In this document: piece by piece, positions 17,303 to 27,537 of the stretch
How positions within the stretch are numbered: the stretch's first letter is position 1
Layout of the letters: each line of letters begins with the position of its first letter
Origin: Candidatus Parcubacteria bacterium
GTDB lineage: Bacteria; Patescibacteriota; Minisyncoccia; Phycocordibacterales; UBA918
Length of the DNA stretch: 64,000 nucleotides
Assembly: GCA_021731405.1 (NCBI GenBank)
Contig: JAKFXN010000003.1
Location: forward strand, 108,676 to 172,675
Reading direction: 5' to 3'
The notes under the pieces: generated by a model
The model's input: the letters and a program-made list of their open reading frames with translations, nothing else
Told to the model about the DNA's origin: nothing
Database searches by the model: none
Made by a program: the position numbers and the translations under genes

Positions 17303-19399
17303 TCAAATTTAGAAAACGAAAAGAAGCCAGAGAATAACGAAGAAAAACCAACTTCGGAAGTGCCTTCAACTGAGTCTACACCAGCACCTGAAGCTGAGAA
17401 AAAGGCACCTGAGCCTAAGAAAGCTCATAGTCATAATCCACTGCCGCGTTTGCGCGAGGTGGGGCACAATATGCCGATTGGTCCAGGCAACTTCTGGAAC
17501 AATATGCTTTCAACGGTACTCCTCTTGGTGCTGGTTATGATGGCGTTTAGTTACCTGACTGAATCAAAGGTGCAGCCAGAAGAACTTTCTATCTCTCAGG
17601 TGGTTACACAGGTGCAGGCTGGGGAAGTGAAGGAGATTGTCGTGCGTGGTAGTGTGCTTGAAATTAACTATAACGACGAGACTCGTGTGCGGGGTGAAGC
17701 AAAGAGAGAAACAGACGCTTCTGTTTCTGAGTCGCTTTCAAACTTTGGTGTGACTACCGAGCAGCTAGCTGCTATCGAGATTGATGTGCAGCGAGAGACT
17801 GGCTTTGCGTATTGGTTTGGACAATTTGCACCATTCCTTTTCCCGTTACTCTTTTTGATCCTGATTGTTTGGTTTTTCACTCGTTCAGTGAAAGGAGCAG
17901 GTATGCAAGCGCTCAACTTTGGTTCGAGTAAGGCTCGGATGATTGATCCAAATGACACTGCTCAAAAAGTGACCTTTAAAGATGTGGCTGGAGCAAAAGA
18001 AGCGAAGCAAGAACTGGAAGAGATTGTAGACTTCCTCAAGAACCCAAAGAAGTTTTTGGATATTGGAGCGGAGATTCCTAAGGGTGTGATGATGATGGGT
18101 GCGCCAGGTACTGGAAAGACACTGCTTGCACGAGCGGTAGCAGGGGAGGCGGGAGTGCCATTCTTCTCAATCTCTGGTTCTGAGTTCGTAGAAATGTTTG
18201 TGGGTGTGGGTGCGTCTCGAGTACGTGATCTGTTCTCAATGGCGAAGAAAGCTGCACCAGCTATCATCTTCGTTGATGAAATTGATGCGGTGGGACGAGT
18301 GCGTGGTACGGGAGTGGGCGGAGGAAACGATGAGCGAGAGCAAACTCTCAACCAGATCTTGGTTGAGATGGATGGCTTTGAGCCAAATGCCAAAGTGATT
18401 GTGATGGCTGCCACCAACCGTCCTGATGTGCTCGACCCAGCTCTCCTACGCCCTGGTCGTTTTGACCGTCGGGTGACTATCGACCTGCCTGACCGCAAAG
18501 ACCGCGAAGATATCCTTAAGGTACATGCTCGCAAGAAGCCACTGCAGGATGATGTGAACCTAGAGATTATTGCGATGCGTACCCCAGGTTTCTCGGGTGC
18601 TGACCTTGCTTCTTTGATGAACGAAGCGGCTATCTTGGCTGCGCGTGAACTTCGAAAGAAAGTGGGACAGTTTGATATTATTCGCTCAATTGAAAAGGTG
18701 ATGCTCGGTCCAGAACGAAAGAGTCATGTGCTCTCAGGTCGGGAACGACTGATTACCGCGTACCACGAAGTTGGACACGCGCTTGTGGCTTCGGTGCTTC
18801 CGTATGCAGACCCGGTACAAAAGATTTCGGTTATCTCACGAGGGAGAGCAGCGGGGTATACCCTTAAGCTTCCTGACGAAGATCGACGGATGCACACGAA
18901 GAAAGAATTCCTTGATGACATTGCGATGACCCTTGGTGGATACGTAACTGAAGAGATGGTGTTTGGTGACCTTTCAACCGGGCCAAGTAACGATCTGCAG
19001 GTGGTAGCAAACCTCGCTCGCGATATGGTGACGAAGTACGGTATGAGTGCGCTTGGTCCTGTCGCTCTTGAAGGTACAGGGGGACGAATGATTGGTGGAG
19101 GAGTTAGTGAAGACCGTGGCTACTCACCACAAATCGCCAAAGCGATTGATGACGAGGTATCTCGGATTATTCAAGAAGGAAAAGATCGAGCTAAAGAAAT
19201 TCTCACCAAGTACCGACCGGCGCTTGATGTGATCTCTAAGCGACTAGCAGAAGTGGAGACACTCGAACGAGAAGAGTACGAAGCGCTCTTGAAGCGAGAA
19301 GGGGTGGAGATTCAGGATGCCTTTAAGAAGCAACGAGAAGAAGACGCGAAGCTTGGCGATCCAAGTAAGTTGCTTGAGTCTGGAAGTGTTTTGGTCTAA
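17303..19399 (+). CDS. ftsH: ATP-dependent zinc metalloprotease FtsH
   Basis: [22 protein letters not shown], second region of homology, HEVGHAL zinc motif. Start placed at MSNLENEKK after a TATAAT box; the ORF extends to 17258. Confidence 0.9.
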   Translation, partial: SNLENEKKPENNEEKPTSEVPSTESTPAPEAEKKAPEPKKAHSHNPLPRLREVGHNMPIGPGNFWNNMLSTVLLLVLVMMAFSYLTESKVQPEELSISQVVTQVQAGEVKEIVVRGSVLEINYNDETRVRGEAKRETDASVSESLSNFGVTTEQLAAIEIDVQRETGFAYWFGQFAPFLFPLLFLILIVWFFTRSVKGAGMQALNFGSSKARMIDPNDTAQKVTFKDVAGAKEAKQELEEIVDFLKNPKKFLDIGAEIPKGVMMMGAPGTGKTLLARAVAGEAGVPFFSISGSEFVEMFVGVGASRVRDLFSMAKKAAPAIIFVDEIDAVGRVRGTGVGGGNDEREQTLNQILVEMDGFEPNAKVIVMAATNRPDVLDPALLRPGRFDRRVTIDLPDRKDREDILKVHARKKPLQDDVNLEIIAMRTPGFSGADLASLMNEAAILAARELRKKVGQFDIIRSIEKVMLGPERKSHVLSGRERLITAYHEVGHALVASVLPYADPVQKISVISRGRAAGYTLKLPDEDRRMHTKKEFLDDIAMTLGGYVTEEMVFGDLSTGPSNDLQVVANLARDMVTKYGMSALGPVALEGTGGRMIGGGVSEDRGYSPQIAKAIDDEVSRIIQEGKDRAKEILTKYRPALDVISKRLAEVETLEREEYEALLKREGVEIQDAFKKQREEDAKLGDPSKLLESGSVLV

Positions 19400-19408
19400 G
19401 TACCACTA

Positions 19409-19446
19409 AAAACAACCCGAAGCCTTTGGCTTCGGGTTGTTTTTAG
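19409..19446. terminator. bidirectional terminator
   Basis: AAAAACAACCCGAAGCCTTTGGCTTCGGGTTGTTTTT. Confidence 0.7.
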
Positions 19447-19447
19447 T

Positions 19448-20185
19448 TTAGAGTGGTCGCAAGATTTCCTCTTGTACTATTAGTCCGTCTTCCATATGAA
19501 GGACACGGTTTGCTCCAAGCGCATATTCGCGTTCGTGGGTGACCATCACTACGGTCTGGCTGGTCGTGCGGTTGAGGTTGCTTAAGAGTTCGATAATTTG
19601 TTTGCTTGAGACAGTGTCGAGGTTGGCGGTTGGTTCATCAGCAAAGATAATCTTAGGAGTACTCGCAATCGCTCTAGCAATTGCGATACGCTGCTGTTCG
19701 CCGCCAGAGAGTTCAGCTGGGAGGTTTTGGTATTTGCCGGCGAGTCCCACATCATCAATCGCTCGATCTGCTTTGGCAGAGGCGTCTTGCCAGAGTTCAC
19801 CACGCATCAAAAGCGGCATCATCACATTTTCTCTAGCTGAGAGGTCAGGCACAAGGGCGTAGTCTTGAAACACATAACCAAGGGTATTCAAACGAAATGA
19901 GGTACGTTCTTTTTCAGATAGGGCAATTACGTCTGTACCATCCACAAAGAGTTGACCACTACTTGGGGTATCGAGTACTGAGAGCTGATACATAAGCGTT
20001 GATTTTCCTGCGCCCGACTTTCCCATGATGGCCACGAACTCTCCTTGCTGTACCGTTACGTCTACACCACGAAGTACATGGGTAATGAGTGGTTCTTTAC
20101 CAAAGGTACGATGCAGGTTTGTGGCTTGAATAATAGACATATTATTTCCTACCAAGGATAGCATTAAGTGTGTTTTGCTTGGCAA
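19448..20185 (-). CDS. ABC transporter ATP-binding protein (MacB/LolD/FtsE-like)
   Basis: GKSGAGKSTLM, LSGGEQQRIAIARA, IFADEPT. Confidence 0.85.
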   Translation of the reverse strand: MPSKTHLMLSLVGNNMSIIQATNLHRTFGKEPLITHVLRGVDVTVQQGEFVAIMGKSGAGKSTLMYQLSVLDTPSSGQLFVDGTDVIALSEKERTSFRLNTLGYVFQDYALVPDLSARENVMMPLLMRGELWQDASAKADRAIDDVGLAGKYQNLPAELSGGEQQRIAIARAIASTPKIIFADEPTANLDTVSSKQIIELLSNLNRTTSQTVVMVTHEREYALGANRVLHMEDGLIVQEEILRPL

Positions 20186-21389
20186 TCATCCAGGCAGGTA
20201 CAAAGCCAGCAATCAGAGTAATCACAAAGAGAATTATAAATTTATAGAACGTTTGTTCTGGATCAGCCGAGAGAATACCGTCACTAAACGGAAATTGAAT
20301 AGGATTTTTATCAAAGTACGGCACAAGCACTCCGTAGGTCAGAAAGGCCCCAAGGAACGAACCGGTCAGGGCATAGAACGCCGCTTGGGCTACATAGGCT
20401 ATCTCAATCACTTCTCGTTCAATCCCAATCCCTTTGAGGATACCAATGTGTCGCCGTCGTGACAGGGCATTGATGAAAATAATAATAAAGATAGTGATAG
20501 AGGCAACGACGATACCAATTGAACCGATGAAAGTTCCCAGTACATTGAAAGTATTTTTGATATCAATCAAAAACTTAGGGAGGTTTTCTTCGAAGGTGAG
20601 TATCTTAGCGTATTGATCAAGACCACTCGCTTTCATTGAAGCCACTATCTCAGCGTTATCCTCGGGATTGCCTGTGCGGATGACTATCTGGTCAGCGTTA
20701 CGATCAAGGCGATTGAAGAGGCGACGAAACTCTCGTTCCGGAATATACGTAGTGAGGTTTACCTCATCCACTTTAGACTGAACAATCCCTTTGACGGTGA
20801 ATTCTTTTGAGATATCTCCAATGGTGAGGCGAACCGTGTCGCCCGGATGAACATTGGCGACACTTTCAAATACGTCACCAAACTGCTGTGCATACTCTTC
20901 AATGTAGTAGACACCAATCAAAATAAACCCCTCCTCTTCGGGGTTTAAGTATTCGCCTTCAATGACAAGGTCTTCCAGTCCAGTCATTTCGTCCTCTTGT
21001 ATTGGATTAATACCAGTAACGCGTACCGCTGCGACATCTCGCGTATTTTGAAGGTTGCGGCGTTCTTTGTAGTTTGCTTCCAAGGTTGCCGCTCCTGAAA
21101 ACCGTACGGAATAGGTATCAATTTCCGGGTAGGCTTCTATTTCTCGAATAAAAGATCCTGTCTCAAGGATATTGTCTTCTTCATCGAGTTCGGTAATAAC
21201 AATGTCACCAAGGGCACTTTCACGAACTGCTTTTTCAGCTCCTTCAATGAGACCAACTAAAATACCCGACACTGCAATAAGATTGAGGAAGGTGAGCATC
21301 ATCACAAAAATGATGAGAGAGGTTGTCCAAATACTGGCGCGCTGTATTTGGCGTAGTCCTAACAGCAGTCCGATACGAAGACTACGCAT
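20142..21389 (-). CDS. ABC transporter permease (FtsX/MacB-type, 4 TM + periplasmic domain)
   Basis: FtsX-like topology. Overlaps the ATPase gene. Confidence 0.7.
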   Translation of the reverse strand: MRSLRIGLLLGLRQIQRASIWTTSLIIFVMMLTFLNLIAVSGILVGLIEGAEKAVRESALGDIVITELDEEDNILETGSFIREIEAYPEIDTYSVRFSGAATLEANYKERRNLQNTRDVAAVRVTGINPIQEDEMTGLEDLVIEGEYLNPEEEGFILIGVYYIEEYAQQFGDVFESVANVHPGDTVRLTIGDISKEFTVKGIVQSKVDEVNLTTYIPEREFRRLFNRLDRNADQIVIRTGNPEDNAEIVASMKASGLDQYAKILTFEENLPKFLIDIKNTFNVLGTFIGSIGIVVASITIFIIIFINALSRRRHIGILKGIGIEREVIEIAYVAQAAFYALTGSFLGAFLTYGVLVPYFDKNPIQFPFSDGILSADPEQTFYKFIILFVITLIAGFVPAWMIAKQNTLNAILGRK

Positions 21390-21392
21390 ACC

Positions 21393-22916
21393 TTATGGAG
21401 CGACAACAACACTTCCTTCAGAGAGACCGCTAATCTCTAAGAAGCTATCATTACCAATAAACAACACTTCCACTGTCGTCGTTGCAAATTTGTTGCCATT
21501 TTGCAGCAAGACAACACTGTTTCCGGCTGTGTCAGTAGTCACAAATCGTTTTGGGATACGAAGTACATCCGTTTTTTGTTCAGTAATAATATCAATATCA
21601 GCATTAAGTCCTGCTCGTAGCCAGTCTGGAGAATTGTCTAGTTCGATAGTAACTTCAAAGTACGCAACTCCGTCTATCTGAATAGCTATAGGCGACACAT
21701 ATACAACAGTTCCTTCTTGTCTGTCACTACTTCTGGCGTCAAAGACAGCAATTACTTTTTGGTCAACAGCTATTTTTGTGATGTCGATTTCTGGTACACG
21801 CGCTTTGAGTGAGAAGGCATCTTTAGAAAGCAGGGTGATCACTGGCGCACTTTGCGCAGTCTCACCTTTGGTTATTGATACGTCTGTGATACTTCCTGCA
21901 AAAGGTGCCACGATAGACCGGTCAGCAATGCGGGCGTCTATAGCTGCAATACGAGCTTTGGCTTGGGTGACAGCGGCACTCACTTCAGTAACTTCTTCGT
22001 TGCGGGCTGGGGCGGTGGTGAGAGAGTTTTGATTTTCAGCCGCTTTTACAGCATCCTTGGCAGCCGCAATTGCATTGTCAGCTTGAGTCATGGCCAAGAT
22101 GTACGCATTCCGTAACGAAGTGTATGACTCACTTCGAGTGTTGGGTACTTCTATTAACCACTCTGAATTGTGGTAGGTGCTCCCTGGCGTCAAAAGGAGA
22201 TAGAGCCCACAATTCCCAAATGGTGCCGGCTGGTCGAAGCTGGCAAGAGCGATACCTTCCTCTGCTTCTGTGTATGAAAATGAGTAGCCAGATTTTGCAC
22301 TTGAGCTAAAAACTTTAATTGCGTACGTGTCTTGGTCTTCACAGCGGTACGTGCCACTTACTATTGGGGGAACACTTTCTTCATTTGGGTCTACCGCTTC
22401 AGCACTGAGTCCAGTTGAAAGGAGAGCAATCCGTGCGTTCTCAACCTTTTGTTCTTCTTCACTCGTTACACGGTCGAGATTTTCTTTGGCGTTTTGCAAG
22501 GTGGTGTTAGCAAGTGTCACGGTCTCTGCTCGAGGTCCGGCGACTGTCTTTGCATAAGATGCGTTCGCTGCCTCCAGTGCGGCCACTGCTTCCGAACGCT
22601 CTGCCACCAGCTGTGTTGAGGCAAGAGTAGCTAAGAGATCACCTTCTTCAACTTCTGAACCCTCAGTTACTAAGATATCAGTCACAATACCAGTGGCTGG
22701 AAAAGCCAAGTCGGCGCTTTGTTTGGCTTCAACAAAACCTGAAATCGAGACCATTTCTTGTACTGTGCCTCGTTCAACTGTTGCTGTTACATATTCGGGT
22801 GTTCGAGAACTTTGTGTGCTGTAGAGAGCAAACAGCGCCAGTCCGATAAGAACAATACTAAGAAAAACGTATTTAATTGGTACACCTAAGAACGACATTA
22901 CTATGAAGTATATCAT
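21393..22916 (-). CDS. HlyD/MacA-family periplasmic adaptor (membrane fusion protein) with a large inserted domain
   Basis: N-terminal TM, biotin-lipoyl-like hairpin regions, coiled-coil. Operon with the ABC genes. Confidence 0.6.
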   Translation of the reverse strand: MIYFIVMSFLGVPIKYVFLSIVLIGLALFALYSTQSSRTPEYVTATVERGTVQEMVSISGFVEAKQSADLAFPATGIVTDILVTEGSEVEEGDLLATLASTQLVAERSEAVAALEAANASYAKTVAGPRAETVTLANTTLQNAKENLDRVTSEEEQKVENARIALLSTGLSAEAVDPNEESVPPIVSGTYRCEDQDTYAIKVFSSSAKSGYSFSYTEAEEGIALASFDQPAPFGNCGLYLLLTPGSTYHNSEWLIEVPNTRSESYTSLRNAYILAMTQADNAIAAAKDAVKAAENQNSLTTAPARNEEVTEVSAAVTQAKARIAAIDARIADRSIVAPFAGSITDVSITKGETAQSAPVITLLSKDAFSLKARVPEIDITKIAVDQKVIAVFDARSSDRQEGTVVYVSPIAIQIDGVAYFEVTIELDNSPDWLRAGLNADIDIITEQKTDVLRIPKRFVTTDTAGNSVVLLQNGNKFATTTVEVLFIGNDSFLEISGLSEGSVVVAP

Positions 22917-22990
22917 TCAGGTAGTGCGCAAAGTGCGCGTGTTTCACAGCTCGGTCGGACTTTATGTTCAAGATTCAATATTTTGTCCAT

Positions 22991-23136
22991 CCACTTGGAC
23001 TCGAATCTTACAGATTCCTGTCCACTCATATGTCTCTTTTGTTCACTCCGTTCCAAAAGATACTATATGAGTCTTGCGAAATGGGTCCCATCCCATTTCT
23101 CACCAAGGACCACAGATTATATGAAATTCAAAACAA
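22991..23136 (-). repeat. tRNA-3'-flank element copy (a): duplicated tRNA-Ile 3' half interrupted by the ~95-nt core (23006–23103)
   Basis: In tRNA orientation: CTGTGGTCCTTGG-[core GTGAGAAATGGG...CTGTAAGA]-TTCGAGTCCAAGTGGATGG. The tRNA itself has ...CGGTCCTTGGTTCGAATCCAAGAGGACGG. Confidence 0.6.
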
Positions 23137-23138
23137 AG

Positions 23139-23212
23139 TCCGTCCTCTTGGATTCGAACCAAGGACCGCAGAGGTATAAGCTCTGTGCTCTAACCAACTG
23201 AGCTAAGGACGG
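23139..23212 (-). tRNA. tRNA-Ile, anticodon UAU (loop CUUAUAC)
   Basis: Manual fold. Acceptor CCGTCCT/AGGACGG, D GCTC-AGTTGGTTA-GAGC, anticodon stem CAGAG/CTCTG, T GGTTCGAATCC. No CCA encoded. Confidence 0.65.
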
Positions 23213-23427
23213 ACTTTATTTTTAATGTTCATTTCTTAAGCTGTGCTCTAATCAACTCCTATTGCTTCGTAAACATCAGCAATTCGCTTCGCGATCGGGA
23301 AAAATATGAAACCGTTCATATTTTTCAGCTCGGGCGGAGTGTCGAAACTATACCGTATTTGGAGCTTGCAGACAACGAAAAAAGGGGCGGCCGTAAGGCC
23401 GCCCCTGTTCTTCTTCTTTTCCCTTCC

Positions 23428-24057
23428 TTACATCTGAACCACAATGTCCTTCAGGTCCTTCCGAACTTTCTTGTATGCTTGTGTAGCATCTTCTGGTGAA
23501 CGATATCCAACCGCGAGTAATACGGTAGCATGTAGATTAAGTGCTTTGAGACCAAGTACTTCATCAAAAGCATTCGAGTCAAAACCCTCCATCGGACTGT
23601 TGTCTACACCTTTCTCTGCGGCCGCTACCATCATGGTGCCAAGCGCAATGTACGCCTGCTTTTGAGCCCAGACAAGACGATCTGCTTCAGTAAGACTCGT
23701 GAGGTGCCCGACCATCATGTCTTTGTAGCCATCAACAGAACCAGCGGGAAGCCCACGAGTAGTTTCGATACGACTGGTGTATTCTGCGATGTACGCAGCG
23801 TCTACATCAGTGCGAGCAGCTAGTACGAAGAGAGCGGCATTTCCTCCCACGTGCCCCTGATTGTATGCTTTACCCATAAGGACTTCCTTTTTTGCAGCGT
23901 CAGTCACTACTACGATTTGAAATGGTTGGAGGCCATAGGAAGTCGCGGCTAAGTTTCCTGTCTCAAGAATGTATTCTAAATCTGCGGCTGCAAGTTCCTT
24001 ACTCACGTCAAACTTTTTTGTAGCGTAACGCCACTCTAACCAATTTTTTGTATGCAT
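23428..24057 (-). CDS. NAD(P)H nitroreductase family protein
   Basis: WEWRYATKKFD...nitroreductase fold motifs. Start placed at MHTKNWLEW. Confidence 0.7.
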   Translation of the reverse strand: MHTKNWLEWRYATKKFDVSKELAAADLEYILETGNLAATSYGLQPFQIVVVTDAAKKEVLMGKAYNQGHVGGNAALFVLAARTDVDAAYIAEYTSRIETTRGLPAGSVDGYKDMMVGHLTSLTEADRLVWAQKQAYIALGTMMVAAAEKGVDNSPMEGFDSNAFDEVLGLKALNLHATVLLAVGYRSPEDATQAYKKVRKDLKDIVVQM

Positions 24058-24150
24058 AGGGCAGCAGTATACGTGTATGTGCGACCATGGGGTAGACGGT
24101 ATAACATGGGCATAAGCGTAGTGACATTGTAATGACAATGTCATATACTG

Positions 24151-24405
24151 TTGCCTATGGCCAAAAATAAACAAACAACACTCCAAATTCGAATTGACGA
24201 ACAAACAAAAGATCAAGCTAAGCAGATTTTAGGCGAGCTTGGTCTTGATATGTCGAGTGCAATAAAGCTCTTTTTAAAAAATATTATTATTACCGAATCA
24301 GTTCCACTTGAACTACGAAGTGAAAAGGGTATGTTGGCAGAACGAAAGTGTGAGCTCCTGCGAGATGTTGCTCTTGAATCAGCGAAAGCGCGTCAGACAA
24401 AATAA
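24151..24405 (+). CDS. RelB/DinJ-family antitoxin, apparently orphan
   Basis: LQIRIDEQTKDQAKQILGELGLDMSSAIKLFLKNII is a DinJ-like RHH. No recognisable toxin partner downstream. Confidence 0.6.
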   Translation: MPMAKNKQTTLQIRIDEQTKDQAKQILGELGLDMSSAIKLFLKNIIITESVPLELRSEKGMLAERKCELLRDVALESAKARQTK

Positions 24406-24933
24406 AAAATCCCCCGGCAATTGCTTGCTGGGGGACTGGATGATAGCTGAGTGCTTTTAACGGAATTCATCCGCATAGTGTATGGCGCGCGATACCTATG
24501 CTATCCCGTGGCGGATTGTATGTCCGCCCGTATCAACTGTACCAGGTCATGGGACATGTCCTTTCAGGACGTTCGGTGCGTCGCGATTGCGACAAACAGA
24601 AGAGCGATGCTCGGAGCCGGCCGCCGTTCAGGAATTGGCGCGCAGGTCCAGGCAGGAGGTCTTGGCCGAGGGAGAGGTTTTCACGGTGCTCATGTAGCTG
24701 GTGAAGGGGGGATCGTGATGATGCATGGCATCTCCTTCTGTGGGTTGAAAGAACAGGACATGTCTTAGCGCGCGGGCTCGCGGCGCAACAAGTGCGGCTG
24801 CGAGCTAGCTCGAACATCGAGCGCGCTTTGACATGATTACTATAGCATACTAAGAGATATTGTCAAGTAATCAAATATGTGGTCTTTTAAATCATTAGCC
24901 CTGCGAACTTTGTTCGCAGGGCTAATGATTTCC

Positions 24934-27120
24934 TTATTCCATGTGGAGGTTTTTGCTCAAGGTTTGTATCTTCTCAGCGATTTTTGGATATTTTTTGAGC
25001 TCGCTATCGGCTGCGATAAGCGCTTGTGCTTCTTTACGGGCCGCCTCTACCATTTTGATGTTCTTGATAGCTTCCATACCAAGGTCAGTGAGTCCCCACT
25101 GCTTCATACCGTAGAGTTCGCCACTGCCGCGCAAGGTAAGGTCGTACTCAGCCAGCTCAAAACCATTTTTTGCTTCAGTCAGGGCCTTGAGCCGCTCGAG
25201 TGTCTTGCCGCTTTTGCCAGTGGTGTCTTTGGTGGTCACGGCAAAGCAGTACGCTTGATGTGTACCGCGTACTACTCGACCGCGTAGCTGATGGAGCTGT
25301 GCGAGACCAAACCGCTCCGCTCCTTCAATGATGATGTTGGTAGCATTGGGGACGTTTACACCGACTTCTACTACTGAAGTAGCAACCAGAATATCAATCT
25401 CGTGACTGAGGAACTTGAGCATCACTGTATCTTTTTCTTTTGGTGTCATCTTGCTGTGGAGAATATCGATACGCGCATTTTTGAAGACGAGCTTCTTGAG
25501 TCGCTCCGCTTCTTGCTTCACTGACTTGAGCTGGAGGGCGTTTTCTTTGCTTGGGTCCGGTTCTTCAATCCGCGGGCAGATGACGTAGGCTTGTCGACCA
25601 GCGGCCAATTCTTCACGGACATGTGCGTACACTTCCTCCATGTGGCTTGGCGTATAAATTTTGGTGATGATGGGCTTGCGGCCTTTTGGCATTTCATCAA
25701 GCAGTGAAATATCCAAGTCTCCATACACGGTAAGGGCCAGGGTACGCGGGATAGGAGTAGCGGTCATTGAAAGTAAGTGCGGCATACGCGTATCTTTTTT
25801 GGCGAGGGCCCGTCTTTGGTTGGTACCAAAACGGTGCTGTTCGTCGATAATGACGTGAGCAAGGTGTTTAAATTCAACCGACTTATAGATGAGTGCGTGC
25901 GTACCAATAAGAATAGGTATCTCGCCGTTTTTTACCCACTTGAGTAATTGAGCTTTAGAAATCGGAGTAGGCTTCTCAGGATTACTTTTTGACGGAAACT
26001 TCATACAGCCACTACCGGTCACCAGTCCAATCTGAATCGGCAGGTGTTTGAAATACTGAATAAAACTTTCGAAGTGTTGCTTCGCTAAAATTTCCGTTGG
26101 TGCCATGTATGCTACCTGCAAGTTTCCAAACTGGAGTTTGCTCGCTAAGCCTTCTGGTGGGCGAGAGGTGGCAACAGCATAAGCAGTGGTGGCGGCAACT
26201 GCGGTCTTACCACTACCGACGTCTCCTTCGAGGAGTCGAGACATGGGGTGTTTGCCACCGAAGTCTGTGAGAATGTCTGCGATAGATTTCTTTTGAGCAT
26301 TGGTGAGCGGAAAGGGAAAACGTTCAGTAAAGGCTTCAATATGTTTTTTGTCAGTCACTACTACGTAGCTTGAAGTCACACTTATCTGTGCGCGTTCTTT
26401 AGCTTTGGCGGTCTGAATATAAAATACCTCTTCAAAGGCAAAGCGCTTGCGAGCACTCTCTGCATGCTCGGCTTTTTTGGGAATGTGTATCCACTGCAGC
26501 GCAGTCTTGAGGATTGGGAGGTTGTATCGTTTTAATACTTCTTCAGGGATAGGATCTCCTAGTACATCAAGGATGCCCGCAGCAAAACATTTTTGGACCG
26601 TGTGAAAAAACCACTTTGAAGTCACACCTTTAGTCTCCCTGTAGACCGGGTAGATAGTCTCGTCGAGACTCTCGGTGTTATTAAAAATTGAATCGTGACG
26701 GTCGATAGGGAGGCTATCAAGCTTTTCCACCTCTGGATTGGTGAGATAGAGTTTGCCTTCAGTCCCACCGACTTTTCCCGCCACTTTTACATACATGCCA
26801 TCAGTCATCATTTTGGCGATGTATGGTTGATTGAACCACATGATTTTTATGCGAGCTGTGCCGTCCTCCACCCAACCTTCAGAAATAGGCACCTTACTTT
26901 TCCAAGACTTTCGCGTATTGAGTCCGCCAATTTGTCCAAAGACAATAGCGTCTTGCCCTTTCACCAAAGAACCAACTGATTGAATAGAAGAAATATCTTC
27001 GTAGCGTTGTGGCAGGTGCAGGAGGAGTTGTTGTATGGTTGCAATACCAAGGCGCTTAAGCGCTTTTTTGTGAGGTTCATCAAGACGAAAGTGAGTAGTC
27101 AGAAGGTCAGTAGGGAGCAT
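24934..27120 (-). CDS. recG: ATP-dependent DNA helicase RecG
   Basis: Wedge domain, DVGSGKTAVAAT, DEQHRFG, helicase motifs. ORF extends to 27168. Confidence 0.9.
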   Translation of the reverse strand: MLPTDLLTTHFRLDEPHKKALKRLGIATIQQLLLHLPQRYEDISSIQSVGSLVKGQDAIVFGQIGGLNTRKSWKSKVPISEGWVEDGTARIKIMWFNQPYIAKMMTDGMYVKVAGKVGGTEGKLYLTNPEVEKLDSLPIDRHDSIFNNTESLDETIYPVYRETKGVTSKWFFHTVQKCFAAGILDVLGDPIPEEVLKRYNLPILKTALQWIHIPKKAEHAESARKRFAFEEVFYIQTAKAKERAQISVTSSYVVVTDKKHIEAFTERFPFPLTNAQKKSIADILTDFGGKHPMSRLLEGDVGSGKTAVAATTAYAVATSRPPEGLASKLQFGNLQVAYMAPTEILAKQHFESFIQYFKHLPIQIGLVTGSGCMKFPSKSNPEKPTPISKAQLLKWVKNGEIPILIGTHALIYKSVEFKHLAHVIIDEQHRFGTNQRRALAKKDTRMPHLLSMTATPIPRTLALTVYGDLDISLLDEMPKGRKPIITKIYTPSHMEEVYAHVREELAAGRQAYVICPRIEEPDPSKENALQLKSVKQEAERLKKLVFKNARIDILHSKMTPKEKDTVMLKFLSHEIDILVATSVVEVGVNVPNATNIIIEGAERFGLAQLHQLRGRVVRGTHQAYCFAVTTKDTTGKSGKTLERLKALTEAKNGFELAEYDLTLRGSGELYGMKQWGLTDLGMEAIKNIKMVEAARKEAQALIAADSELKKYPKIAEKIQTLSKNLHME

Positions 27121-27394
27121 GGTGTAATCATAACAGACTAATGAAGGGGAGAAAAAACAGCTTGACACTCTTTATAAAAAGAGTAGGATTTTTGTATCGG
27201 CAATGGAGCCGATGTACATTTGACCACGTGACGTTTGTTATGTGGTTTGGGGATTAGCCTCTGAGTAGTGCAACGGCACGACTGAAACAGGGCCGGACCC
27301 GCAACAGGCTCGCTGACGCGATGATTCCTGGACTTTGTTCTTCTGGTCATCCGACCTTTGTTCTTCTTTTTGTTCTTTATTCTCGATCTGATTT

Positions 27395-27428
27395 TTTTGA
27401 AAACCGCACATATTTTATGTGCGGTTTT
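27395..27428. terminator. hairpin terminator
   Basis: GAAAACCGCACATATTTTATGTGCGGTTTTTTG. Confidence 0.6.
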
Positions 27429-27453
27429 TTGTATGTATAGGGAGCAAAACATT

Positions 27454-27482
27454 GACTTTTACATAAAAATGTGCTAATATAT
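27454..27482 (+). promoter_or_regulatory. sigma70-like promoter (TTGACT-17-TAATAT)
   Basis: Consensus -35/-10 with 17-bp spacer. AGGAG RBS 50 nt downstream. Confidence 0.5.
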
Positions 27483-27537
27483 AAAGAGCTATAAGACGGG
27501 TGTCTTGTGGCAATAACAGCTCTTTTAGGAGATATGC

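Noticed and set aside
17962-18534. 190-aa antisense ORF inside ftsH (and similar antisense ORFs inside the ABC, HlyD, recG and gatA genes)
   Set aside because: They are antisense to strongly supported conserved genes. These are typical GC-frame artefacts.
22964-23201. ORFs 22964–23179(+) and 22983–23201(+), 52377–52559(-), 52384–52611(-), 53830–54087(-), 15995–16258(+) sharing peptide strings such as YYMSLAKWVPSHFSP and ESLSIF
   Set aside because: They all lie inside copies of the tRNA-flank element. The shared peptides arise from nucleotide-level repetition, the frames differ or shift between copies, and several run into tRNA/tmRNA genes. I treat them as non-coding.
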